Below are positions 41,207 to 55,955 of a stretch of 64,000 bases of DNA, piece by piece; position 1 is the stretch's first letter, and every line of letters starts with the position of its first letter. A program made the translations under genes and the position numbers. The DNA is taken from the NCBI GenBank assembly GCA_964016885.1, contig OZ024741.1:322462001-322526000 (forward strand), in the 5' to 3' direction. The notes beneath the pieces are model-generated. The model made no database searches. It saw nothing but the letters and a program-made list of their open reading frames with translations, and had not been told where the DNA came from. The stretch comes from Eledone cirrhosa. Lineage: Eukaryota.

Positions 41207-42060
41207 CCATCACCACCAACACCACCACCACCACCACCACCATTAGCACCACCACCACCACCACCACCACCACCACCACCATCACCACCAGCACGACCAC
41301 CACCACCACCACCACCATCACCATTAGCACGACCACCACCACCACCACCACCACCACCACCACCACCACCACCAGCACGACCACCACCACCACCACCATT
41401 AGCACGACCACCACCACCACCACCACCACCACCACCACCACCATCACCACCAGCACGACCACCACCACCACCACCACCATCACCATTAGCACGACGACCA
41501 CCACCACCACCACCACCACCACCACCACCACCACCAGCACGACCACCACCACCACCACCACCACCACCATTAGCACGACCACCACCACCACCACCACCAC
41601 CACCACCACCATCACCACCAGCACGACGACCACCACCACCACCACCATCACCATTAGCACGACGACGACGACCACCACCACCACCACCACCACCACCACC
41701 ACCACCACCATCACCACCAGCACGACCACCACCACCACCACCACCACCACCATTAGCACGACGACCACCACCACCACCACCACCACCACCACCACCACCA
41801 CCACCACCATCACCACCAGCACGACCACCACCACCACCACCACCATCACCATTAGCACGACCACCACCACCACCACCACCACCACCACCACCACCACCAT
41901 CACCATTAACACGCTCACCACCACCACCACCACCACCATTTTCAACATTATCCCTACCAGCAGAGCGACCACTATCGCTACCACCACCACTAGCACCACC
42001 ACCACCACGACTACCATCACCTTCACCAACCCCCACTACTTGCGCCACAACCCCCACCAT
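41207..42060 (+). repeat. (ACC)n array with recurring attagcacg / atcaccaccagcacg interruptions
   Basis: Direct reading. Confidence 0.95.
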
Positions 42061-42790
42061 CCCTAGCACTAAGAGCAGCAACATCAACATAAGCAACAGC
42101 AGCAGCAACACCAGCAATACGAACAATAGTAAAACAAGCACGTGCAGGAGTGTTCTCTTCTCTGCAATAGCTCATGAAGCTCAGTCCAGCAATCAACCCT
42201 ACCCACAGACATGGGTGCACCAGATACTGGACAAGATGCACTGCAGTCAGGGTCAGCGCTACCATTAAGGCCAACTAGGCAGCCGCTTAGGGCGCAGACA
42301 TCAGAGAGTCGCATTACTGAACAATAAGGAACCACAGTTGTATGCAAATCTATGCAATTAATTTGAAATGATTAAGCATCATTGCCACGTAGTAGTATTG
42401 TGTAAAACATCCAAAGTGATGAAAAGGGTCGAATGGTGGTACAACCGGTCAGAGTAGGTGTGAACCGTGTAGTAGAAAATACAGAGTTGGTAATTATATA
42501 TGGTATGGTAAGGTCCCGTAACTCCTGATAAAGTCGTAGGAGCGCCGTAATGAACTACGGCGTCCCCTGGGCATTTTAAGCCCTGCGGAGCCCCTCCTTC
42601 TCCAGGCCTGAGTACAGCAGATTTCTTCTAAGGAGAGGAAGAATCGACCCCAGTACTAGACTGGTTCTTTTTTTTTTATTACAGACCTCGAAAGGATGAA
42701 AGGCAAAGTTCACCTTGGTGGGATTTGAACCCTAAGAGTAAAGAGCCGGAACGAATACCATAAAGCATATATCCGACGTTCTAACGTCGG

Positions 42791-42837
<47 letters not shown>

Positions 42838-42847
42838 TTAATCAGAG

Positions 42848-42890
<43 letters not shown>

Positions 42891-42892
<2 letters not shown>

Positions 42893-44245
42893 GGAAAAAT
42901 TTGAACAGGGACAAAACAGAGAGGCAGTACAATAAATGTTTATTAATTTCACGCTCAGGAGAGTGGGGGGTAGGTGGGGGACGACGTTTCGGGCATAAGC
43001 CCTTCCTCAGGTGAGAAGTGTGTGGGAACAGAGTTCAAAAGGTGTGTAGGGGAGTGGTGGAGAGACATATAGCGAAAGGAAACGGTGCGAATGAAAAAAT
43101 AACAAATAAAGATAAAAAATAAAAATAAAGCATGATCAAAATACAAGGAATGAGAAAATTTAAAAATAAAGGCATGATCAAAATAAACTGAAATTAAAAG
43201 GGGGTAAACAGGTGGTGGAAGGGTGTGGGGTGAGTAGGGGTGGTGGCGGGTGGAGTGGGGAGAGGGAGACGGGGTGTCCGAGCGGGGAGGGCTGAAGGTG
43301 GTGTGTGTGTAGGTGTGCGTGTGTGTGTGTGTGTGTATGTGAAAGTAAGGGTTGGGGGAAGAACGGGGTTGCATGTTCAGGAAGAGGTGTGTGTGGGGGG
43401 TGTTTTTGTGGGTCGGAGTGTCTGTGCGTGTGTGGATAGGGGGTGGGGGGAGAGGAATCAGGAGGCTGAGGGTGTAAATATGTGGTGGGAAGCACGTGTG
43501 TGTGGGGTTTAAGCGTGTTGTGGGTGTGGGTGGCGTGTGGAGAAAAAAAAATGTTTGGGGTGTGTGTGTGGGTGAGTTATATAGGTGATTACGTAAGAGG
43601 ATGGTTGAAAAGTTGGTAAGTTCCAAGGATGTTAGAGGATTGGTTGTAAGTCAAATTCTGCGTGTGGGTAATCCATGAAGTGGTGGTCGGAAGAGGAGAG
43701 ATGTGGGGTGCGCGCGCAACAGGAAGTGGTCAGCAGTGGGAGTGCTGTGGTCTGTTGGTGCTGGGAGGTGGTCAGAAGGGCATAGCAGCAGTCGGTGGAA
43801 TGGTAAGGGGGCGAGGATGGGTAGGTGTGAAAGTTGGAGTGAGGAGGGTGTGTGTGTGTGTGTTAGTAGGGGTGTTGGTGGGATGAGTGAGTGTGGAGCG
43901 AGGGTGTGGGTGGAGCGGGGAGAGAAGGGTGTGTGTGGTTCTATGGAGGGAGTGTGGTGTACTGGTGTGTGTGTAGTTGGATGAAGAGGTGTTAGTGGGT
44001 GTTAGTATACGGGAGGTGTGGAGGGGTTGAATGCAGGTGTGAGTGGGGGTTAGTGGTGGTAGGGTGTGTAGAGTTGGTGGTGTACGAGGGTGTGTGGGTA
44101 CGTGTGCGTGGGGTTGGGGGGTGTTAGTGATGTTAGTTGCGTGTGGGGTGGGTGGTGTAAGTGGGTGCGTGTGTGCGTGTGATAAGGAGGGGGGAGGAGG
44201 AGAAGAGGGGAGGGAAGGGATGTTAGTATGTTAGTTGGGGAAGGG
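42891..44245 (-). mobile_element. PLE 3' region/pLTR, paralog of 10920-12358, with HHR core
   Basis: Reverse complement aligns with the 10.9-12.36 kb copy. Minus strand CTGAGGA-a-GGGC-ttat-GCCC-GAAAC-GTC at 43010-42983. Confidence 0.8.
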
Positions 44246-44279
44246 TACGTACATACATATATGTATGTACGTATACATA

Positions 44280-44315
<36 letters not shown>

Positions 44316-44322
44316 TATAAAA

Positions 44323-45023
<701 letters not shown>

Positions 45024-45118
45024 TATGTATACGTACATACATATATGTATGTACGTATACATACTTATATTTAAGTATCAGCCGTACTAAGAGTGAGAAA
45101 TGAAATTTCCTTTTTTCC

Positions 45119-45191
<73 letters not shown>

Positions 45192-45762
45192 TATATATAT
45201 ATATAAATATAAGTGCGACAAAGCAAACAGCGTCATAAACTAGGTTTGTCAACTTGCCAAATTGTAAATTAAAATTATTTGGGAGAATGGGGCGCATAAT
45301 TAAGAAAAAGTGTCGCACATTTGAGAATTAGTCAAGATCGCTAAATACTTCGGCACCGACTCTGACTCTACACATTTCCAAAGCTCCCAGTGGATATTAG
45401 GAACACTTATGTTGATTGATGAGCTCAATAATTGTTTCGACTTTTGGCATTAGGCCAGCAATATGAAGGGTAAAGGAAAGTCGATTAAGTGCGTTACTGG
45501 TACTTTATTTATCGACCCCTAAAGGATAAAAGGCAAAGCTAACCTTGCCAAGATTTGAACTTAGAATGTAAAAGGCTGTAACTCTATGCTGCAAAGAGTG
45601 TTGTCTAACACTCTACCGGTACTGTCAATTCGTTACCATTGACCTAAATAACAGACGGTCTTTCTGAATTTATCAAACAAATTTCCCGGTAAAGATACTC
45701 TATTAAATTCGATTCCCTCAATCTACTAACTAAATCTTCTCCTTTTCGACTGGTACGTAGCT

Positions 45763-45874
<112 letters not shown>

Positions 45875-45877
45875 GTA

Positions 45878-46600
45878 TATAATTATAAGTGTGAAGGACA
45901 GAGAAAAATTTTGCTTATTTTTCCTCGTTGTCCCGAAATAATTAAATAAATGAAAAATCAGTTAATCAGAGCTATATATAATTATAATAAGTGTGAAGAA
46001 AATATAGATAAAATTTACTCAATTATTCCTCGTAGTCTCCTCTGCAGTTTCGCCGACCGGTGTGCAGCTAATGTGCAGCTAAAGTGCACCTACGCTGTGA
46101 GGTAGTCGGTTTGTTAAGAGACTCCCTCAGTATAGGACTGTTTTCTCCGAAGTGACCGCCACTAGTTACAATTTTCGAAAGGGGAAATTATCACGTGATT
46201 TTACGGTCAACAGAGGGGTAATGAAGGATAGACTATTCCCGAGTAACATAGTTGCTGGAATAATCAGTCTATTTCAGCCTAAGTTTTACCCAACCCTACG
46301 GGAATTAGGACAAGTTATAGAAGATACATATACATATAGATACATAAGTATAAACACATATATGTGAGTGGTGTCTATCCATCCGTTACCAGTTTTGTTC
46401 GATGACTGAATGAATTAAATAAATAATCAATTAATCGGAGCTATATAAAATTATAAGTGTGAAGAACAAACGAATAAAATTTACCTAATTTTTCCTCGTA
46501 GTCCAGAAAGAATTAAATAAATGAATAATCAATTAATTAGCGCTTTATATAATTATAAATGTGGGGAAAAAAATAGACAAAATTTACCAAATTATTCCCT
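45878..46600 (+). repeat. Degenerate ~95-bp tandem repeat interrupted by a ~370-bp insert
   Basis: tataattataagtgtgaag...ttcctcgt...aattaaataaatgaa..atca.ttaat at ~45878, 45976, 46445 and 46548. Confidence 0.7.
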
Positions 46601-46842
46601 GCGGTTCTTCTCGTTTACTCGCACGCAGCTCTCGGCACTGCTATAGAGCCGTCGGATCAGGGTGGTGATCTTGGGAGGCACACCAATGAGTTTGAGAATT
46701 CTCAAGAGGGACGCGTGGTTGACCGTGTCGAAAGCCGCTTTGAGGTTGACGAAGGTGACGTAGAATTTCTGAGATCTTTCGATAATGAGACGGAGGGCAG
46801 AAATGTGGTCGGTGGTAGATCGATTTGGCGTGAATCCGGCTT
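46600..46842 (-). pseudogene. LINE (RTE-like) reverse transcriptase fragment
   Basis: QAGFTPNRSTTDHISALRLIIE...FVNLKAAFDTVNH...GVPPK...LYSSAESCVRVN. Confidence 0.9.
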
Positions 46843-46869
46843 GTATATATGTATATATATATGTAAATA

Positions 46870-47110
46870 TGTAACCCAGTACAACCTGTCTCATGGTTGG
46901 GTCGTCGGCGATTAAACCAGCAACCCCACCAAGCTAGCTTAGTGATATTTGGACACCCTGCGGGATAAAATACAAGACCCGGAAAAGGGCGGAGGAACTC
47001 AGCAGAGTCAACGACCATCCAAATAGTACTTTTCTCTTTTCCACTTGTGAGTGAAAGGCTCCCAGTTGTTGTCACAAAGAAAGGAAAACTCTGAAAAAAA
47101 AACCTGCGGC
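46870..47110 (+). mobile_element. LINE 5' UTR-type segment, paralog of 775-1000
   Basis: Collinear similarity with 746-1015. Confidence 0.5.
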
Positions 47111-47332
47111 TTCGGAAGCATCGGATGATGTTGACCAGTTCTCCTTTTCGGGTAGCGTTTTCGATGCTCAGAGAGTGGGATAGATCGAGTGCAAGGTCTT
47201 TCCCCATTTAAAAAATATTCAAAGCACAAGCATCAGTGTCGCTTATAGGCTTGTGACTGGCCGTAGCCTAAAAGTGCATCAGTTTCTGCAATCTAACAAG
47301 CGATTGCAGTACTCTTAGCAGAGTTTGCAGCC

Positions 47333-47411
<79 letters not shown>

Positions 47412-48736
47412 GTGTATGTGTTTATGTGTGTGTTTATGTATGTTATGTATGTAAGTATATATATATATATATATATAGGACAAGAAACTAAGATAAAACT
47501 TTAAAGAATTGGACAAGAAATAAAACATTTTACAATAATTTTACAATAATATTAGTGGCAAAATTTTTATTGGTAAAAAATCGAGTTCCACATTCATAGG
47601 CTCTGGGTTCCACATTCAGAGGTCGTCGTCAGACCGGGGGCATCATTTGATCCTGGTTTGAACACCAATTGGGCCATAACCATACCCTATTTCATCATTC
47701 GGCGACACGCCTCATGTGTCATGCATAATGTGAATGGACCCATGGGCCCATGAGCACAGATCTTGAGCAGCAGCGGACGGTCTTGTCATCCCGCTCATCC
47801 TTGATCTTGACCAACCCGTCCATCTTCTCCTTGCATCTTGTCCTTGAGTTCAAGTCCGGCAGTCCAGATGAATGCGTGCCACAGCTTTCTGGTACAGGAA
47901 GGGGGAGCAGGAGGACTGGAGGGATGACGGGACAGAGGGAGGGAGGACCGGTGGTTGAGGGAGGTGTCGTAGTCGGTGGTCAGAGTCGACATCTTGTCCC
48001 GGTAGTCTTCTCCATCTTCGTCTGGTGTTGCGGGACCAGAAGTGCATTCTTGGAGGAGACCTGCAGCTGCATCGACCAATTCTTCTTGCAATGGTCATTC
48101 TGACGGAGCAGAACTGCTCAGCCAACCAACCCCAACCAGAACCAACCGCTCAGGGGCAACGCACAATGAGAGCATGACAATTATTATGCACTAATCAAGA
48201 AGATACTGGGGCATAGCACAGGAAACGAATAAAAAAATTTTGCCACTAATATTATTGTAAATTTTTTATTTCTTGTCCAATTCTTTAAAGTTTTATCTTA
48301 GTTTCTTGTCCTATACTTTTAAAGTTTTATCTTAGTTTCTTGTCCTATTCTTTTAAAGTTTTATTTTAGTTTCTTGTCCTGTATTTTAGTTTCTTGTCCT
48401 GTATTTTTAAAGGTTTATATTCCAACAATATTACTTTTTTTTGCTGTACGCATTTTTCTATCTGGTCTGCTATTTTTTAAGGCAATGCAAACAACAACTA
48501 TCTAATAATTAAATGATCATAGTGAATTACTGACAAGTGATTGACATTTTAAAGTTCTTTTGAGTATAATTGCAATCTAGTTGAGGCAACTGGCTTAATG
48601 ACAAAGCTAGTAAATCATGAATGCATTTGAGATGATTAGTGCATAATAGTGAATTGGTGAAACTTGTGCATTTCAATGGTGTTACAATAGATGTAAGTTA
48701 TATAGTAGTAATACTTTATCATTTTAACTTTTTAGA

Positions 48737-49096
48737 ATGGACAAAAACCCATGCAAAGAAATGACTTTGACTGCAGTGATTCTCTCCAATTTACTTACAA
48801 AGCAAAACGTGGTCAAATACCTTATCATCTCTGATAAAATGCCCACTGAATCACTGAAAATCGGATGCATGGAATTCCTCATAAAATGCACCTATGAATC
48901 GGAAGCCATAACATATATCAATGGATATAGGGAGTTGTTCACACTGGAAGACCATCACTTCATTTGTGACTTCATCAGTTATCTCCACGATTATCTCAGA
49001 CACCTAATGCCATTGATGAGAGGTGATCCAATGTGTGAGCATGTAACTAATCTTATAGAAGTTGTTATCGACCACCTGGCTTTTAGTGACATTTGA
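48737..49096 (+). CDS. Orphan 119-aa ORF or exon, unknown product
   Basis: Normal amino-acid complexity; preceded by an acceptor-like tttaactttttag and followed by AATAAA at ~49182. No family recognised. Confidence 0.4.
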   Translation: MDKNPCKEMTLTAVILSNLLTKQNVVKYLIISDKMPTESLKIGCMEFLIKCTYESEAITYINGYRELFTLEDHHFICDFISYLHDYLRHLMPLMRGDPMCEHVTNLIEVVIDHLAFSDI

Positions 49097-50367
49097 CTGA
49101 TTTAACTGATAATGATGTATTTTTAAAAAGTATGTGTACATTCTTGTTACTATTTTAAGGCAATGCAAGCAACAACTATTTAATAAAATTTAAATTTAAA
49201 AATGACCATTGTGCATTACTAGTATAATGACATTTTATTAAGTCACAAAATTAGTCAGTCAGCCATAGAACAAGGATCAGGTGGCAAAAACATTGGCAAA
49301 AATTTGTGTCAATTTAAGATTTCCAACATTGTTCAAATGAATCATATCTGGTTTGAAGTCAGATTTGTCAAATTTTGACCAATTTTCAATGTTGTGAAGA
49401 TTGGGCAAGTTCAATTTTTGAATCATTTCTTTCATGCAGTAATTAAACTTTTCCAAACGTTGTCATTTCTGGATTACCTCCCCTAGCGTCACGCTTACTA
49501 CTCACTCACTTGAACACAAGATTTATCAGCAAACTTTGATTATAAACTTTTTCCCGCTGGACCAAATTTCTAGATTTTTAAGCCAAAAGATGCGTAATGA
49601 TCTACTGTTCATGCTCATATAAGTTTTATCTCAGTTAAATAAAGTAGAGCCGCGCTGTACTGTCGTAAACAGACGATTGCCAACGAAAACACGACCACAA
49701 CAATATTACTAAACGGACTACCGTCCGTTTAGGATATATATATATATATATATATACGTATGCTTCTATGTATGTGTGCGAATTTGCGAGTGCCTGTGTA
49801 TACGTTTGTCTCTGTTTCTGTGTATATGTTCAGTAACTTAGCAGTTCGACAAATAAACCTGGGGTCAGTATGATCGACAAAATCCTTTCAAGGAGTTGCC
49901 CCAACATGACCTCAGTCAAATGTCTGAAACTAGTATAAGAGTGAAGGAATTAAATAATCAAAATTATAAGTGTCACAATATGATAGTGGCCACATTATAA
50001 TAGAGGACTAGTAGTGGATTGGCAGTATCGGCTGAGGGTCGGACGTCATGCTTTGACGCATAGAGTTACGGCCTTTGCCATTCTGAGTTCAAATCCTGCC
50101 GAGGTTAACTTTGCCTTTCATCCTTACGAGGTCGATAAAATAAAGTACCAGTAATACACTGGGTAATTGCTGGCCTTGTGCCAAAAGTAGACACAATTAT
50201 AATAGAGGACCACATGAGTTATAGATAACAGTTCATATAAGCCTCAACAAAATCTCATTTCTACATGAGTCAATTTTTTAGCTTCCGCGAGGTCCAGGAT
50301 ATTTAGCGCCCTACACTAGCCTAGTTAGTCTTAATGGGAACACCAATCCAGACTACAATGCATCTTG

Positions 50368-50785
50368 TTCAGTGCTTTGCTATATGGAAGTGAAACATGG
50401 ACGCTTTCATCCAAACAACAAAAGCGCCTTGATGGCACTTACACTCGCCTGTTTCAACGCATTCAGAACATAAGCTGGTGACATCTGACTTTGAGAGATA
50501 TATATGCCGGCCTCCCATGCATATCTGTCGTTGTACGTAAAAGGAGAGTAAGATTTGCTGGCCACTGTCATCGTGCCACCTATGAGGCTGTGTCCCCATT
50601 AGTGCTTTGGAAACAACAAGCAGTCACTAATAACAGGGGGAACAAGCTCTCCTATCCCGATGTCATCGCCAGAGATTCTGGTATTGAAATCCAGGACTTG
50701 GCAACGGCAATGAACGACAGACCCACGTGGAGATCAATTGTTGAGTCCATTTCGGCTGAGGCCACCGGATGATGATGATGATGAG
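50368..50785 (+). mobile_element. RTE-clade LINE 3' end with (GAT)n tail
   Basis: SALLYGSETWTLSSKQQKRLDGTYTRL...NISW*HLT...RRVRFAGHCHR...MNDRPTWR, then gatgatgatgatga. Confidence 0.9.
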
Positions 50786-51407
50786 TGCCTTGTGCTCTAC
50801 CTGATCTCTCAGTCATTTATAATCAATCTCGGTAAAAGCAATTGTATTTATAAAAAAAAAGACGTTGAAAGAAGAGGTGAGATTAGGGCTTCAGATCACA
50901 GTATGTTGCACCTTGTAGACAAACAGACAGACCAAACCAAAGGCCAGGATATATGGTGCCATGCCGGTAGGAAGATCTAATTCAGTAATACTCCCCTCTG
51001 AGGTCTGCGCCATAAACAGCTGCCCGGGGGGGCGTTAACGGTAGCGCTGGTTGAGGCTTGTACATAGTCACTTGATCTCGTTAATGTGGTAATATGTGCT
51101 CCGCGATATTAAAAAAACAACAAACAACTAAAAGGACCAGTTCACAGTTCACACTAGGTAACCAATCATTGATCTGCATAGTCGTTCATTCAGTCAAAGG
51201 ACAGCACTCAAACAAATCACGCACACAATAAATAAAGTAAACATAAAATAGAAATGAATTTCCCACTGACTCTAATGAAAGGCATTCCATCTATGACCAC
51301 ACCGTGTGTTTTATTTTGTATATATATATATATATATTTGTTACATCAAATATGTCCGTCCACGAAAACGGTAGGACGTCATCTAAGAGAGAGATTTGGT
51401 GGCTACA

Positions 51408-51746
<339 letters not shown>

Positions 51747-51747
<1 letters not shown>

Positions 51748-52060
51748 AAGGCGTGTGGCTTTGTGGTTAGGGTATTTGGCTCACAATCGTAAGGTCGTGA
51801 GTTCGATTCCCGGCGGTGCGTTGTGTCCTTGAGCAAGACACATTATTTCACGTTGCTCCTGTCCACTTAGTTGGAAAAAATGAGTTGTACTTGTAATTCG
51901 CAGAGCCGGCATTGTCACAATCTGTGTCACGGTGAATCTTCCTGAGAACTACGTTAAGGGTTCGCATGTTTGTGTAATGCTCAACCACTTGCACGTTAAT
52001 TTTACAAGCCGGCTGTTCCATTGGTCGGATCACTTGCAACACACGTCGTCGTAACCGACG
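51747..52060 (+). mobile_element. tRNA-derived SINE family B
   Basis: A-box-like TGGCTTTGTGG, B-box GAGTTCGATTCC, then ttgtgtccttgagcaagacac; embedded in (TAG)n. Diverged relatives at ~54155-54365 and ~58080-58380. Confidence 0.85.
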
Positions 52061-52075
52061 TAGTAGTAGCCAGTC

Positions 52076-52109
<34 letters not shown>

Positions 52110-52324
52110 ATAGTAGTAGTAGTACTTGTTGTTGTGGTTGTCGTTGTTGTTATCAGAAAATTCCCTTGCAGTGAAGAATGGTGTGTGATAACGAAAACAA
52201 TAGGAAAGATTATCAATCAAATATACAACATTCTAATTTTTCAACCAATTTCAACTTGAACGATATACAACAAGTAAAAAACCAAAATAACAATTTTAAA
52301 AAATAACGAATGATGAAATGGTTA

Positions 52325-53165
52325 CTAATTTAGACACAAGGCTAACAATTTGTGGGTAGGGAAGTTAATTATATGGACACCAGTACTTGACTGGTACTTG
52401 ATTTTAGAGACCTTGGGATTTGAACTCAGAACTTAAAGAGCCAGAACAAATACATTTAAGCATTTTGTCCGCTGTTATACCAATTCTGCTAATCTCCAAC
52501 CCTGAACGAGGAGCTAATAATTGTTTCTACTTTAGGCACAAGGCCAGCAATTTGGGGGATGGGAAAATCGATTAAATCGACCACAGTACATAACTGGTGC
52601 TTTATTTTATCTACCCCGTAAATTTGAAAAGTAAAGCTAATCTCGGCAGAATTTGAACTTAGAACGTTAAAGGGCCGTAACTATATGCCGTAAAATATGT
52701 TGTCCGACACTCTACCGATTCTGCTAATCCGCCGCCCTAAACGAGGAGATAATAATGATTTTTTGTATAGGCACAAGGCCAGTAATTTGTGGGGAGGGGA
52801 CAGTCTATTAAATCGACCCCAGTACGTTACTAGTGCTTTATTTTATCGACCCCGTAAGGATGAAAGGCAAAGCTAACCTCGGCGGGATTTGAACGCAGAA
52901 CGTAAAGGGCCGTAACTCTCTGCTACAAAGCATGTTGTCCGGCGCTCAACCGATACTGTCAATCCACAGCCCTAAACGAGGAGATAATAATGATAATGGT
53001 TTTTAATTTGGACACAAGGCCATCAAGTTTGAATGGATCGCTCTCACTCAGTACTTGACTGGTACCACTGAAATACGCAGGGCCAAGATGATACTCTATT
53101 TTATCGACTCCGGAAGGATGAGAAACAACGTTGACCTTGGCGGGATTTGAACTCAGAACGTAAAG
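52325..53165 (-). mobile_element. Four head-to-tail SINE A copies
   Basis: ~240-bp period; the shared linker ccctRaacgaggagMtaataat occurs at ~52500, 52735 and 52970. Confidence 0.88.
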
Positions 53166-53278
53166 AGGCGGAAGAGATGCCAACACAATCACCATCATCA
53201 TTACCACCACCACCACCACTAACAACAACAACAACAACAAGCACCCTCACGGCCACCATCACCATTACCACCACCACC

Positions 53279-53310
<32 letters not shown>

Positions 53311-53446
53311 CAACCACCCTCACGGCCACCACTACAATCGCCTACCGTTACCATCACAATCGCCATAACTACAATTGCCATCACTACCACTATCCCACCA
53401 CTACCATCACAACCACAGTCACCGCCACCACCTTCACCACCACCAC

Positions 53447-53477
<31 letters not shown>

Positions 53478-55839
53478 AAGAAGAAGAAGAAGAAGAAGGC
53501 GACGACGACGAATAATAATAACAACAACAACAACTGCAGCAACAACAACAACAGCAACAGTTGCAGCAGCAACAACAACAACAATAACAGCTGCAGGAAT
53601 TTTAACAAACGCCATCCTCTTCGCGTCTCTTCACAATGCATTACTTGACATTTATGAGCGTTGTCTGAGGAAAGAAATTGCTAATAATTTTTGTTGACTC
53701 TGGCAAAGTGTTGTTTGGGAAAAAAATAAAACAAAAAAAAAAGAGAAAAATATGAAAAGAAAAAATGAAATAAAGTCTTGTTGAAACACAAGACATCTTC
53801 AGTTCTCTTGCCTGGCAGATACAACAGAACTATATATATATATATATCAAATTGTGAAGGCGTATGGCTTTCTGTTTAAAGTGTTCTGTTCTGAATTGAG
53901 AGATCACAGCTCCGATACTTATGGCATGTGGTTAGAATGTCTCAGGAAAGAATTACTGGACAGATTTTACGAGCAAAACCAGCCGGCAAGAGACCCAGAA
54001 ATAGACCCCGAGGAAAATAGTTGGATAACATCCATGTGCTCGGCTGGTCTCAGTTGGAGACGGTTGCTTCTGACAGGATCCGCTTGAAGGAGTGTTTGAG
54101 GACTCTTCCCCCACGACCCTCTCAGGAATAAGTGAAAGAAGAAAAGGCTCAGGATGGTAAGGTCGTGAGTTCGATTTCCAGTGCAAGATATGTTATTTCT
54201 TGTTGCTGCAGTACATTCAGCTGACAAAATTAAGTTACATCTATAATTGAAAAAGTCAGTCTTTTGAAAAACAGTGTCACTTTGAATCTCACGTGGGTGC
54301 AGGTGTCTGTGGAACGCTCAACCATTTGCATGTTAATTTCACAGACAAGCTGTTCCATTGAACCAGAATATATCAATCTACTCTCCTGTCAGGGTAAGCT
54401 ACCTTGCTAGACAAGTTACTGTAGTGGCTGTTATCTGTAAATATAGAACTTTCTAAAGGAAGTCGAACACTGAACTTTCCGTTACTATATTTCTAATGAA
54501 AGAATCTACCAATGGTTTTCAAATGATTTTCAAAATAATCAACGATTTTGAGTGATTTAGTAAAATAGCTGATTTGTCATTATTAAGTTGGTGTTTGGAA
54601 CATAACTTAATGAAGCTTCTGACATAAAACTATGGAAAGCTCGTAGACTAAAGACACTGCTTATGGTTTTCAAGTGATTTTCAAAATAATCAAGAATTTG
54701 GAAGTATTTAGTAACATTACTAGCTTTCTCATTATAAAGCTGGTGTTTTGGAACATAACTTAACAAATGACCTTACATAAAATCATGATGGAGGATTTTA
54801 AAATAGTTTACAATGACAATTGTTTTTAAGGTGGGAAGGAAGAGTCGAGTTATGCCTCTTATTTATAATACACTGTCAACAGCTGAGTTACTTTTGTGTT
54901 GTGTTGTTGCCTCGTTTTGTTGTAGCAGCAAGGGAACATGTGAATTATGGTTTCTTATTTAGGCACAAGGCCGCCAGCAATTTTGGGGCAGGGGAAAAGT
55001 CGATTAAATCGACCCCAGTTCGTTACTGGTACTTTATTTTATCGACCCCGTAACGATGAAAGGCAAAGCTAACCTTAGCGGGAGTTGAACTCAGAACGTA
55101 AAGGGCCGTAACTCTATGCTGCAAAGCATGTTGTCCGACGTTCTACCGATACTGCCAATCCACGCCGTAATTTATAAAATTATCAAGACTAGACTTAACA
55201 GGTTTTAACTGTTTACCCCTAGTTACTTTCATAGTTTATTTCATGTAATTAAATCTGCTCAATTTTTTTGAGGAAAGAGGTGGGGGTTCTCGATAGGATG
55301 GCACGTGTTACCAAAACCCAGTACACAATACTTTAAACAGGAAATGAACTATGAATGTAACCGTCAAAGATGTAACTGATAATGTTTTAATGATCCCTAT
55401 CTGCTTATTACTAAGTACTGCAACAGCCCGTCAACCGCATGGTTTCATTCAAAACACGAGGAAGGGAAGGTGTTCAGATGTTACTGGATTTATGAATGTT
55501 ATTGTTCTAAATTAAATGAGAAAATATGAAGGAATATGCAATTAAAAAAAAAATGAAATTCGAACACAGTCATGTCTCTAATAAAAGATGTTTGGAAGAA
55601 AAGAGTTTCCTTTTGCGATTACACTCATTCTTGCAAATACCCAAATAAAACAAACTAAAGAAATATATGATAATTTTTAAAGAAGCAGATCTTGAATGAC
55701 TGCGAATGTCACGGTCCGTGAAACATATACACATACACAAGGTCCGAACACAAAAGAACCAAACTCCTGCTGTCACTGCCTCTGTCTCTCCCGCTCTCCT
55801 CATCTCTCATTATTATGATGCCAAAAGTAGAAACAATTA

Positions 55840-55955
55840 TTATGAGCAAATTGGGGCCACGTGCTGGCCGCTCCGCGGTCCCGGCGGACAGAATGGAGAA
55901 GGCCTTTCCTCGGAGGATGGTGAGGGAGACGCACTGGAAGAGCCATTCCAGTCGC
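55840..55955 (-). pseudogene. CRE-like non-LTR retrotransposon 3' fragment
   Basis: LEWLFQCVSLTILRGKAFSILSA; paralog of 60705-60880. Confidence 0.6.

Noticed and set aside
37998-42141. Long poly-V/T/P/G ORFs (mucin- or extensin-like)
   Set aside because: Several frames are open at once because trinucleotide arrays lack stops; there is no flanking coding context.
51747-51820. tRNA gene
   Set aside because: A/B boxes are present but there is no clean cloverleaf, and it continues into a SINE body.
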